Shown here: positions 17,940 through 26,405 of the stretch, piece by piece
Layout of the letters: every line of letters starts with the position of its first letter
How positions within the stretch are numbered: the stretch's first letter is position 1
NCBI RefSeq assembly: GCF_026626665.1
Contig: NZ_JAPNKE010000002.1
Location: forward strand, 3,437,168-3,501,167
DNA: 64,000 nucleotides
Source: Nannocystis pusilla
Lineage (GTDB): Bacteria > Myxococcota_A > Polyangia > Nannocystales > Nannocystaceae
Direction of reading: 5' to 3'
The notes under the pieces: model-generated
Database searches by the model: none
What the model saw: only the letters and a program-made list of their open reading frames with translations
What the model was told of the DNA's origin: nothing
Position numbers and translations under genes: made by a program

Positions 17940-19391
17940 CGCCTGCGCGAGGCGCTGCAGGCCGGGGCGCGCGGCCTGGGCCTGCGCGCGGTCGACGAGG
18001 CGCGGGCGCTGCGGCTGTGCGAAGACGTCGGCGAGCGGCTCGACTGGCCCGTCCACACCTGGAGCGCGGCCGGCGGGCGCGACGGCCTCGGCGCCCCCGA
18101 GCCGCTGGCCGACCTCCTGCGCGGCCTCTTGCGCGACCCCGATCCCGGCTTGTGGGTGCTGCTCGATCCGCCCCCGCTCGAGCCCGTCGCCTTGCGGGCC
18201 CTCCGCGAGCTCGCGCAGCGCAGCGTCGGGCCCGCGGTCGTCGTCGTCGGCGACCTCGCGCCTGCGCTCGTCGCCATCCCCGAGCTCGAGCTGCTGGAGC
18301 TCGAGCTGCCCGACGCCGACGAGCTCACCGGCCTCGCCGCCGACCTCGTCGACGAGCTGCGGATCGCCGGCCGTCCCGGTCCTGCCGCCGCGCTCGCTCG
18401 CCGCGCCTCGCGGCTCGCCCACGCCGCGCTCGGCCTGTCCGAGCACCAGGCCCGTCGACTGCTGCGCCGCGCCGCCGACGTCCCCGCCGACGACGCCGCG
18501 CTCGCCGAGCTCGGCGCCGGCAAGGCCGAGCTGCTGCGCCGCGGCGGCCTGCTCGAGCGCGTCGAACCTGTCCCTTCCGACATGCTCGGCGGGCTCGCGC
18601 AGCTCAAGCAGTGGCTGGCCCGCCGCGCCCTCGCCCTCCGCCCCGAGGCCCGCGCCGCGGCGATCCCCGACCCGCGCGGCGTCCTGCTCGTCGGCGTGCA
18701 GGGCTGCGGCAAGAGCCTGGCGGCCCGCGTCTGCGCCCACGCGCTCGGCCTCGGCCTCCTGCGGCTGGAGCCGGGCCGGCTCTACGGCGGCACGCTGGGC
18801 GAGAGCGAGGCCAACCTGCGCCGCGTCACCGCGACGGTCGAGCGCATCGCTCCGGTCGTTTTGTGGATCGACGAGCTCGACAAGGGCCTGGCCGGCAGCG
18901 AGGGCCCGGCCAGCGACGCCGGCACCGCGGCGCGGGTGCTGGGCGGCCTGCTCACGTGGCTGCAGGAGCGCCGTCGTCCGGTGTTCGTGGTCGCCACCGC
19001 CAATCAGGTCACGCGTCTGCCGCCCGAGCTGACACGTCGCGGCCGTCTCGACGAGATCTTCTTCGTCGACCTGCCCGATGCGGACGAACGCGCTGCCATC
19101 GCGGAGATCCATCTCGAGCATGCGCCGCGCTCGCACATGGGCGCCGCCCCGGTCCTCGCTGATCCGTTGCCCGACCTCGTCGACCTCGTGCGCGCGGCCG
19201 ACGGACTCTCGGGCGCCGAGATCGAGGGCGCGATCGTGGAGGCTCGCCTCGACGCGTTCGCCGAGTCGCGACCGCTCGCGCGCGGCGACCTCGCTCGCGC
19301 GCTCGCCGCGACCATCCCGCTCAGTCGCAGTCGTGCCGGCGAAATCACGGCCCTGCGGGCGTGGGCGAGCGCTGCGGCCCGCAGGGCTTGA
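17940..19391 (+). CDS. AAA+ ATPase (single AAA module with ~250-aa N-terminal domain); start codon unresolved
   Basis: Walker A is LLVGVQGCGKSLAA and Walker B is VVLWIDELDK. The sensor/arginine-finger region reads VFVVATANQVTRLPPELTRRGRLDEIFFV. The open frame begins just after 17912, and the first ATG in frame is at 18129. Confidence 0.6.
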   Translation, partial: RLREALQAGARGLGLRAVDEARALRLCEDVGERLDWPVHTWSAAGGRDGLGAPEPLADLLRGLLRDPDPGLWVLLDPPPLEPVALRALRELAQRSVGPAVVVVGDLAPALVAIPELELLELELPDADELTGLAADLVDELRIAGRPGPAAALARRASRLAHAALGLSEHQARRLLRRAADVPADDAALAELGAGKAELLRRGGLLERVEPVPSDMLGGLAQLKQWLARRALALRPEARAAAIPDPRGVLLVGVQGCGKSLAARVCAHALGLGLLRLEPGRLYGGTLGESEANLRRVTATVERIAPVVLWIDELDKGLAGSEGPASDAGTAARVLGGLLTWLQERRRPVFVVATANQVTRLPPELTRRGRLDEIFFVDLPDADERAAIAEIHLEHAPRSHMGAAPVLADPLPDLVDLVRAADGLSGAEIEGAIVEARLDAFAESRPLARGDLARALAATIPLSRSRAGEITALRAWASAAARRA

Positions 19392-19670
19392 GGAACCTGT
19401 CTCTAAGTTCCAATGCGGCGCGTGACCTGCGGTCGCGCAATGTCTGCACAACCGCGCCAATCGCCCGAGGATGGCCGGCGAACGGCGGTTCGCACGGTGT
19501 GCTGTTGAACACAATTCAAGCGAGCACGATGTCGCGAGCGAACGTGACTCGCACCGCCAAACCTGCTGCGAGTCTTGTGGGAATTTTCGTGCTCACGTCC
19601 CACCCATCCTGCGAACTCCAGGTGCGTGACACTGCGATCACGGCTATGGGATACTGTACGAGCGCTCATT

Positions 19671-20402
19671 ATGACCGTGCAGCCGCCGATCACTCCCCTG
19701 TCTCAAGGAACAGGACCCGCGGACCAGCCCTCGTCGCCGGCGCGGGTCCTCCTCGTCGACGACCACCCGATCTTCCGCCTCGGCCTGTCGCAGCTCCTCG
19801 GAGCCGAGACCGACCTGGAGGTCGTCGGTGAGGCCGAGGACGCCGAAGCCGCCCTGGCGATCCTGCGCGAGAAGCCCGTCGACCTCGCGGTCGTCGACCT
19901 CTCGCTCAAGACCGGCAGCGGCATCGATCTGATCAAGCAGATCCGCGCCGCCTGGCCCGAGCTCAAGCTGCTGGTGCTGTCGATGCACGACGAGCAGTTG
20001 TTCGGCGAGCGGGTGCTGCGGGCCGGCGCCCACGGCTACCTGATGAAGCACGTGCCCGCCGAGCGGATCGTCGGCGCCATCCGCAAGTCGCTGAAGGGCG
20101 AGCTGGCGGTGAGCGAGCAGCTGGCCGAGACGATGCTGAACGCCATGGTCTCGCGCCCGCGGGCCGGCACCGGCATCGAGAACCTCAGCGACCGCGAGCT
20201 CGAGGTGTTCGAGCTGCTGGGCCGCGGGCACGACACCCGCAACATCGCCGAGTCGCTCAAGATCTCGATCAAGACCGTCGAGACCCACCAGTCCAACCTC
20301 AAGCTCAAGCTCGGGGCTCACAGCGCGCACCAGCTGCGCCGCCTCGCCGTCCTGTGGGCGACCGAGGGCCTCGCCGGCCAGCCCGCCGCCGGCCGTACCT
20401 GA
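19671..20402 (+). CDS. NarL/LuxR-family response regulator (REC + HTH_LuxR)
   Basis: The receiver domain reads VLLVDDHPIFRLGL...VDLAVVDLSLKTGSG (phospho-Asp context). The LuxR HTH reads LSDRELEVFELLGRGHDTRNIAESLKISIKTVETH. The ATG at 19671 was verified. No cognate kinase gene is adjacent. Confidence 0.85.
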   Translation: MTVQPPITPLSQGTGPADQPSSPARVLLVDDHPIFRLGLSQLLGAETDLEVVGEAEDAEAALAILREKPVDLAVVDLSLKTGSGIDLIKQIRAAWPELKLLVLSMHDEQLFGERVLRAGAHGYLMKHVPAERIVGAIRKSLKGELAVSEQLAETMLNAMVSRPRAGTGIENLSDRELEVFELLGRGHDTRNIAESLKISIKTVETHQSNLKLKLGAHSAHQLRRLAVLWATEGLAGQPAAGRT

Positions 20403-20630
20403 GCCGTCCTGCTCGCCCTGAGCGCGCTCCTGCACGGCCCCCGGCGCGCTCATCCGGCGAGAATTGCCAGGCCGGCCCGCTCGGGTCAGCCTCTGGCCGT
20501 GTCCCGCGCGCAACCTCGCCCAGCAGCAGCTCGAGCTGCCCGCGCTGGACGAGCCTGCCGGCGCCCCCGACCTGCCCGAGCCGACCCCCGCGGCCGCCTG
20601 CGCCCGCTGCGGCTGGCTGGTGCGCCGAGC

Positions 20631-20670
20631 CGAAGAGACATGTCCTTTGTGCCATGCCCCGAAGGACAGC
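20631..20670. repeat. 14-bp-period GGACATGYCC repeat array (3 units)
   Basis: cgaagaGACATGTCC tttg TGCCATGCCC cgaa GGACAGCAC. Confidence 0.6.
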
Positions 20671-20675
20671 ACGCC

Positions 20676-21080
20676 ATGAGCCGCTACGTCCGCCTCGACC
20701 TCGGCGCCCGCGAGCTCGCGCGGGCTGACCTGGAGGCCGCGCTGGCCGAGCTGGAGCTTCGCGCCGAGGTCGCGGAGATCCCCGGCGGCCTCATGCTCGA
20801 GGGCAACTTCGAGTGCGCCGGCGAGCCGGTCGACCTGCGCGTGCCCGCGGGCACGCTGGGGGCCGTCGCCGACTTCGGCCTGCGCGCGGCCGGCAGCACC
20901 TTCGTTTTGGTGTGCGGCGAGCACGATCGCGCCGTCCTGGCCGAGCGCCTGGTGGCCCCGCTCACCCGGGCGCTGGCGGCCGCCCGCGTGCGCGCCGCGG
21001 CGAGCGCCGCCGGCCTGGCCGTCGACACCACCCAGGCGGCCGACGGTACCCTGCGGCTGCGGGTCCGTCCCCCGGCGTAA
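20676..21080 (+). CDS. hypothetical protein
   Basis: A 134-aa ORF from an internal ATG (MSRYVRLDLGAREL...). No recognisable domain. Confidence 0.4.
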   Translation: MSRYVRLDLGARELARADLEAALAELELRAEVAEIPGGLMLEGNFECAGEPVDLRVPAGTLGAVADFGLRAAGSTFVLVCGEHDRAVLAERLVAPLTRALAAARVRAAASAAGLAVDTTQAADGTLRLRVRPPA

Positions 21081-21123
21081 CACTCGCTGGGGCCCCGCGT
21101 TGTCCGAGCCGGAAGGTCGAACG

Positions 21124-21846
21124 ATGTCCGCCTCTCGCCCGCTGCCTCCCGCCGTGTCCGCCGCCATGAGCCGGCGCGACTTCCTCGCCCGCGCCGCCAG
21201 CGGCACCGTCGTCGCCGCCATGGGCGGCGGCATGTTGTGGGTCCTCAACGACCGCCTCACGCGCGAGGCCAAGGCCATGACCCTCGCCGACGGCCGCCCG
21301 CGCCTCCCGCCCGGCCAGCGCGTGCTCGAGGCGCTGCGGCCCATGGGCGGCGTGCCCGGCTCGCCGAGCCCCGCCGACGTCAAGATCAAGGTCTACGGCG
21401 AGGTCGAGAGGCCGTTCGAGCTCGACTGGAACGGCCTGCTCGCCGAGCCGCAGACCGAGCTCGAGGCCGACGTCCACTGCGTCACCGGCTGGTCGCTGCT
21501 CGGCGCGGCGTGGAAGGGCGTGCGCGTCAGTCACCTGGCCGAAAAGGCAGGCCTGAAGAAGACCGCGCGCCACGTCGTGTTCGAGGGCGCCCACGGCTAC
21601 ACCGCCAACGTGCTGCTCGCCGAGGCGCTCGCGCCCGACGTCCTGGTCGCCCACCGCCACGCCGGCAAGCCGCTCGCGCGCCCGCACGGCAGCCCGGTGC
21701 GCGCCGTGGTGCCCGGCCTCTACTTCTGGAAGAGCACCAAGTGGCTGACCGGCATCAAGTTCGTCGCCCGCGACGAGCCCGGCTACTGGGAGACCCGCGG
21801 CTACAACAACCACGCCGACCCGTGGAAGGAAGAGCGCTATGCCTGA
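21124..21846 (+). CDS. sulfite-oxidase-family molybdopterin oxidoreductase (MsrP/YedY-like catalytic subunit) with Tat signal
   Basis: Twin-arginine motif MSRRDFLARAASGTVVAA. Mo-cofactor oxidoreductase segments are HCVTGWSLLGAAWKGVRV and GKPLARPHGSPVRAVVPGLYFWKSTKWLTGIKF. Confidence 0.75.
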   Translation: MSASRPLPPAVSAAMSRRDFLARAASGTVVAAMGGGMLWVLNDRLTREAKAMTLADGRPRLPPGQRVLEALRPMGGVPGSPSPADVKIKVYGEVERPFELDWNGLLAEPQTELEADVHCVTGWSLLGAAWKGVRVSHLAEKAGLKKTARHVVFEGAHGYTANVLLAEALAPDVLVAHRHAGKPLARPHGSPVRAVVPGLYFWKSTKWLTGIKFVARDEPGYWETRGYNNHADPWKEERYA

Positions 21847-22420
21847 GCCCGAGCGCCGGCGCCCGGTCCGCTGGCGGCCGTGGCTGCGCGCCCTCCACCG
21901 CGACATCGGCTACGTCGCCGTCGGCCTCACCTTCGTCTACGCGCTGTCGGGCCTCGCGGTCAATCACATCGCCGACTGGGACCCGAACTTCGACAACTAC
22001 GAGGCGCGCCACCAGGTCGCCGTGCCGCTGCCCGAGGACGACCGCGCCGCCGCCGACGAGGTCCTCGCCGAGCTCTCCATCCAAAATCCGCCGACCGAGG
22101 TCTACCGCAGCGACGCGCGCGAGCTGTCGATCCTCCTCGACGGCAGCACCCTCCACGTCGATCTCGACAGCGGCGTCGTCCTCGAGGACGGCCAGCGCCC
22201 GCGCCTGTTGCTGCGGGTCGCCAACTGGCTGCACCTGAACCGCGGCAAGAAGGCCTGGACCTACATCGCCGACGGCTACGCCGTGTTCCTGCTGTTCCTC
22301 GCCGCCTCGGGCCTGTTCATGCTGCCCGGCCGCAAGGGCCTGGTCGGCCGCGGCGGCGTGCTCGTGCTGCTCGGCGTCGCCGTCCCTGTGCTGTACGTGA
22401 CCCTGTCCGGCGGGCCATGA
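21839..22420 (+). CDS. PepSY-associated TM-helix family membrane protein
   Basis: The start overlaps the upstream stop (ATGCCTGA). TM helices flank a periplasmic segment. The motif WLHLNRGKKAWTYIADGYAVFLLFL is characteristic of PepSY_TM. Confidence 0.6.
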   Translation: MPEPERRRPVRWRPWLRALHRDIGYVAVGLTFVYALSGLAVNHIADWDPNFDNYEARHQVAVPLPEDDRAAADEVLAELSIQNPPTEVYRSDARELSILLDGSTLHVDLDSGVVLEDGQRPRLLLRVANWLHLNRGKKAWTYIADGYAVFLLFLAASGLFMLPGRKGLVGRGGVLVLLGVAVPVLYVTLSGGP

Positions 22421-22540
22421 CCCGAAGGACATGGCCGCTCAGACATGCCCGAAAAGGCATGCGCTGAATTCCAGGCACCGCGCCTCGACCGGTTCGGACA
22501 TGTGCGAAGGGGCATGCCCGAACGGACATGCCCCCGAAGT
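22421..22540. repeat. large 14-bp-period GGACATGYCC repeat array (two clusters, about 8 units)
   Basis: ccGAAGGACATGGCC gctc AGACATGCCC gaaa AGGCATGCGC ... ttcGGACATGTGC gaag GGGCATGCCC gaac GGACATGCCC ccgaag. It lies between convergent genes. Confidence 0.75.
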
Positions 22541-22571
22541 CACCCCGCACCGGCGGCGCCGCCGCCCTGCT

Positions 22572-23360
22572 CTACTGCAGCCGCTCGCGCAGGAACGACA
22601 GCGTGCGCTGCAGCGCCTGCTCGGTCGGGTGGCCGGTCTCGCGGACGAGGTCGACGGTCAGCACGCTGTGGGCCGACGGCTTGATCCCGTGGGCGTTGCC
22701 CGGGCCGGAGTCGATCTCGATCGCCTCGAAGCCCTCCTTGAGCTCGCGCTTCAGCGTCTCGAACCGCTCGCGCGGGACCTTGCCGTCGTGGGTGAAGCAC
22801 AGGCCGAGCACCTTGAGGCCCTCGTCCTTGACCCGCCGCTTGACCGTGGCGAGCTCGTCCGGCGCGATCGCCAGCTGCCCGCGGCGCGCCTTGCCCACCG
22901 GCAGCGGCAGCGCCGGCTGCGACATCACCGGCGCCATCAGCGACGGCTCGACCGCCATCGACAGCGCGAAGTTCCCCGTCAGGCACATGCCGATCGCGCC
23001 GACGCCCTTGCCGCCGAGCTCCTTGTGCAGCGCGCGAGCCAGGCCGCGCAGCCAGTTCGTGATCGGGCTCGACTCCTGGCCGGCGAGCAGCTTGAACTCT
23101 TTGCTGACGCACAGCTTGAGCATCGTGCTGGCGAGGTAGCCGCCGGACACCGGCTTCATCGGCTCGCCGAACAGGTCGGGCAAGACCACGGTGAAGCCCG
23201 CGTCCGCCACCAGGTTGGCGAACGCGACCACCGCCTCGTGGATGCCGGGGACCTCGGTGATGATGATGACCCCGGGGCCGCGCCCGCGCCGATAGACCGT
23301 CTTGGTGACGCCCTCGTGGGTGAACTCCGATGCGCTGTAGCCCTGGATCGACATCGCCAC
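22572..23360 (-). CDS. dienelactone hydrolase family protein
   Basis: A 262-aa alpha/beta hydrolase with Cys nucleophile context GAIGMCLTGNFAL and conserved HGIKPSAH. Confidence 0.7.
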   Translation of the reverse strand: MAMSIQGYSASEFTHEGVTKTVYRRGRGPGVIIITEVPGIHEAVVAFANLVADAGFTVVLPDLFGEPMKPVSGGYLASTMLKLCVSKEFKLLAGQESSPITNWLRGLARALHKELGGKGVGAIGMCLTGNFALSMAVEPSLMAPVMSQPALPLPVGKARRGQLAIAPDELATVKRRVKDEGLKVLGLCFTHDGKVPRERFETLKRELKEGFEAIEIDSGPGNAHGIKPSAHSVLTVDLVRETGHPTEQALQRTLSFLRERLQ

Positions 23361-23430
23361 GAGTGTATCAGCCTTCGGGCCGGGGCGAGCTTGTCAAATC
23401 GCGCAGAGGCGTGCGAGGCTCGGCGCCGCC

Positions 23431-23793
23431 GTGTCCTACGAGCTCTTCCTGGTCCTCCACATCTTCGGCATCGTCCTCCTCTTTATGGGCCTCGGCGGCC
23501 TCGCGTTCCACGGCATCGCCGGCGGCACTCGTGACACCAACCCCGCGCGCGGCCTGGTCGCTGCCACGCACGGCGTGGGAACGTTGCTCATCGTCGCGGC
23601 CGGCTTCGGCATGCTCGGGGTGAAGTACGGCGGCGCCATGCCTGGCTGGGTTCACCCCAAGTTGCTCGCGTGGATCTGCCTCGCGGCTGCCCCGGCGTTG
23701 GTCGCTCGCAAGCCCGGCGCCGGTCGCGTGCTGTGGTTCGTCGCGCCGCTGCTCGGCCTCCTCGCCGCGTACTTCGGCCTCAACCACAAGTAG
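23431..23793 (+). CDS. small integral membrane protein (4 TM, hypothetical)
   Basis: Hydrophobic helices LFLVLHIFGIVLLFMGLGGLAF, LLIVAAGFGMLGV, LLAWICLAAAPALV and LWFVAPLLGLLAAYFGL. Confidence 0.5.
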   Translation: MSYELFLVLHIFGIVLLFMGLGGLAFHGIAGGTRDTNPARGLVAATHGVGTLLIVAAGFGMLGVKYGGAMPGWVHPKLLAWICLAAAPALVARKPGAGRVLWFVAPLLGLLAAYFGLNHK

Positions 23794-23799
23794 CGCGCG

Positions 23800-25362
23800 C
23801 TAGAACCAGCGCGCTGCGTAGGCCTGAAGCACGTCGATGCGAGCCAGCGGCGCGCGCACGGCGATGTGCCCGTCGGGCCTGAGCAGCACGAGCTCAGGCG
23901 CGCGCACTCTCCACCCGCGGACCACGGCGCCCGAAGGATCGCCGAGAGTCTCGGCGTCGCCTGTACCCAGGACCAGGTCGCGAACCACCAGCGATCGGCC
24001 CCACTTCTCCGCCAGCTCCCGACCCGCGATCGCCAGCGCCTGCGAGCGCGCCGCTCCGTGCATGAGCAACAGGGTCATCTTCGCCTCGCTCGCCACCAGC
24101 ACGTGCAGCGACACCGTCGCCGCGCCCGCGCGCAGCATCGCCGCCGGCGCTCGATCACCGGCCCTCGGCGAGCGCCGCGGCCAGCTGCGGGCGTCGACCA
24201 CCGCCGGCGACTCGCGATACGACACGCCCGTCTGCGACATGCGTCGCGCCAACCGCTGCTGCAGCGCGCGTGATCGCAGCGCCGTGCCGACGATCAGCTT
24301 GCGCAGCATCATCGTCCGTCGGCTCGTCGCGCCGCGGAACAGGCGGTCCGTCATCTCGAGCGTGCGCCTCGCCACCGGCAATCGCTCCGCGTCGTACGTC
24401 GCCAGCAGCTCCGGCCGAGCCGCGCCGCGAGCCACCATCGCCAGCTTCCACGCCAGGTTGAAGGCGTCCTGGATCCCCGTGTTCATCCCCTGGCCGCCCG
24501 CCGGGCTGTGGATGTGCGCCGCGTCGCCGGCGAGGAACACCGAGCCCACGCCCATCTTCGGCACCATGCGGTGGTGCAGGCGGAACCGCAGGATCCACTC
24601 CGGGTCGTACAGCACCGCCCCGGGCACCAGCTCGTCGGCCAGCTTCTGAAACATCTCGAGCGTCGGCTCGGGCGCGTGACCGTCGCCCCCCATGGCGATG
24701 ATGCGATAGCGACCGCGCGGCAACGGAGCGAACACCACCAGCCCCGCGGGCCGCAAGAACCCGCAGCCGAGCCCTGGCGGGCGGTCCCAGCGGATCTTCA
24801 GATCTGCCTGATCGAACATGTCCTCATAGGCAGAACCTTCGAACGGCAGACCGAGGCCGTGGCGCACCGCGCTGTGGGAGCCGTCGCAGCCGACCAGCCA
24901 GCGCGCAGTCACCGACTCGGTGCAGCCGTCGTCGCCGCCGATCGTCGCCACCACCTGCGAGCCCTCGTCGCGGAACGACAGCAGACGCAGCCCGCGCTCG
25001 ACCGCCCCGCCGAGGTGTCGCAGGTGCTCGGCCAGGATCCGCTCCGTCGCGCTCTGATCGAGGAACACCGGCCGCGGCACGTCGGGCCCGAACCGCGCGA
25101 CGTCCAGCGTCCCCAGCAGCTGCTTTTCAAAGAACAGCTGCACCGCCATCAGCGCCTCGGCCTCGGCCTCGACCGCCGCGCGCAGCCCCATCGCCTCGAA
25201 CACCTCGCGCGTGCGCGCGTGGACGACCAGCGCCTTGGAGTGCTCGGTCGTGCGCGGCGCGGGATCGACCACCCGCACCGTCAGTCCGTACCGCCGCAGC
25301 TCGCACGCCATCGTCAGGCCCGTGGGCCCCGCTCCTGCCACCAACACATCGATCGACCCCAT
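23800..25362 (-). CDS. FAD-dependent aromatic-ring monooxygenase (PheA/TfdB/UbiH class)
   Basis: The N-terminal dinucleotide fold is IDVLVAGAGPTGLTMACEL. The DG motif and the GD motif FLAGDAAHIHSPAGGQGMNTGIQDAFNLAWKLA are present. The 520-aa ORF is intact. Confidence 0.85.
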   Translation of the reverse strand: MGSIDVLVAGAGPTGLTMACELRRYGLTVRVVDPAPRTTEHSKALVVHARTREVFEAMGLRAAVEAEAEALMAVQLFFEKQLLGTLDVARFGPDVPRPVFLDQSATERILAEHLRHLGGAVERGLRLLSFRDEGSQVVATIGGDDGCTESVTARWLVGCDGSHSAVRHGLGLPFEGSAYEDMFDQADLKIRWDRPPGLGCGFLRPAGLVVFAPLPRGRYRIIAMGGDGHAPEPTLEMFQKLADELVPGAVLYDPEWILRFRLHHRMVPKMGVGSVFLAGDAAHIHSPAGGQGMNTGIQDAFNLAWKLAMVARGAARPELLATYDAERLPVARRTLEMTDRLFRGATSRRTMMLRKLIVGTALRSRALQQRLARRMSQTGVSYRESPAVVDARSWPRRSPRAGDRAPAAMLRAGAATVSLHVLVASEAKMTLLLMHGAARSQALAIAGRELAEKWGRSLVVRDLVLGTGDAETLGDPSGAVVRGWRVRAPELVLLRPDGHIAVRAPLARIDVLQAYAARWF

Positions 25363-25371
25363 CGCTCCGCT

Positions 25372-25435
25372 CCTGCAAGTGAGTGCTCACTCACCGTGTC
25401 ACGGCTCCAGGACAGTTGCAAGTGAGTGCTCACTC
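25372..25435. promoter_or_regulatory. two copies of a 16-bp near-palindrome GTGAGTGCTCACTCAC (candidate TetR operators) in a divergent promoter region
   Basis: CAAGTGAGTGCTCACTCAC occurs twice about 43 bp apart, between the monooxygenase gene (minus) and the TetR gene (plus). Confidence 0.6.
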
Positions 25436-25454
25436 AGGCCACGCTCTCGGGGTC

Positions 25455-26078
25455 ATGGCCACGCGCGAAGACGACTCTGGGCCGGTGCGCGGCGTCGAGC
25501 GCATCGTCCGCGCCGCGATCGAAGTGATCGCGGAGCGCGGCTTTCGAGGCGCCGCGACCAGCGAGATCGCCAGGCGGGCGGGCGTCGCCGAGGGCACGAT
25601 CTTCCGCCACTTCAAGACCAAGCAGCTGCTGCTCGACCACATCCTCGAGCCCTTCGTCGAGCGGGTGCTCGCGCCGATCGCCTTCCGCGACCTGCACCGG
25701 CTGATCGACACCGACTACCCGGACTTCGCCGACTTCCTGCGGGAGTTCGCGCGCAACCGCCTCGCGGTCGCGCGCGAGCACGTGCCGGCCCTGCGGATCT
25801 TTTTACAGGAGGTCCCGCTCAGCCCGGAGCTGCGCACGATGGTGTTCCGCCACATCGGCCGCCACGTCGTCCCCGAGCTGCTGGCCGTCATCCGCAAGTA
25901 CCAGGCGCGCGGGCAGATCCGCAGCGACCCACCGGAGACGGTCCTGCGGCTCCTCATGAGCGCCCTCGGCGGCTACATCATCACGCGCCTGGCCATCCTG
26001 CCCGACTACCCGTGGGACGACGACCGCGAGATCGAGCTCACCATCGGCGCGATGACCCGCGGCCTGCGCCCCGACTGA
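25455..26078 (+). CDS. TetR/AcrR-family transcriptional regulator
   Basis: TetR HTH: RIVRAAIEVIAERGFRGAATSEIARRAGVAEGTIFRHFKTKQLLL. Confidence 0.85.
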   Translation: MATREDDSGPVRGVERIVRAAIEVIAERGFRGAATSEIARRAGVAEGTIFRHFKTKQLLLDHILEPFVERVLAPIAFRDLHRLIDTDYPDFADFLREFARNRLAVAREHVPALRIFLQEVPLSPELRTMVFRHIGRHVVPELLAVIRKYQARGQIRSDPPETVLRLLMSALGGYIITRLAILPDYPWDDDREIELTIGAMTRGLRPD

Positions 26079-26081
26079 CCT

Positions 26082-26295
26082 GTCCCTTCGACCAGCCTCA
26101 CACGTACCCGGGACGACGCCTCACCTCGGCCATGTCCCTGAGGTCCTGTCCCTTCGACCAGCCTAACCTGCGCGCCCCCGACACGTGCGCCTCACCTCGG
26201 CCATGTCCCTGAGGTCCTGTCCTCGAGGTTCTGTCCTTTCGACCAGCCTCACCTGCGCGCCCCCGACACGTGCGCCCTGCCCATCGGCGTCGCGC
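26082..26295. repeat. about three tandem copies of a ~66-70-bp unit (CTGTCCCTTCGACCAGCCTCAC...CCTCACCTCGGCCATGTCCCTGAGGTC)
   Basis: The copies begin at about 26082, 26148 and 26231. Each contains GGCCATGTCCCTGAGGTCCTGTCC, which is related to the 14-bp family. Confidence 0.75.
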
Positions 26296-26405
26296 CCTCT
26301 CGCCAACCTCACGCGCGCATCCCCGCGACGTCGCCTTGTCCCCTGCGCCTCCGGGGCCTGGTTCGACCCCCTGCGCCCGCGCGCCGCGGTGCTACTCTGA
26401 CGCAC

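Noticed and set aside
17157-19391. Calling 17157..19391 a single fused gene
   Set aside because: The two in-frame TGA codons in the intervening repeat mean it cannot be translated as one product as sequenced. It is kept as two features and flagged as a finding.
26082-26295. Considered whether the regularly spaced repeats (26.1 kb, 56.1 kb, 14-bp arrays) could be CRISPR arrays
   Set aside because: Units are contiguous or have 4-nt spacers, spacers are not unique 30-40-bp sequences, and no cas genes are present. They are not CRISPR.
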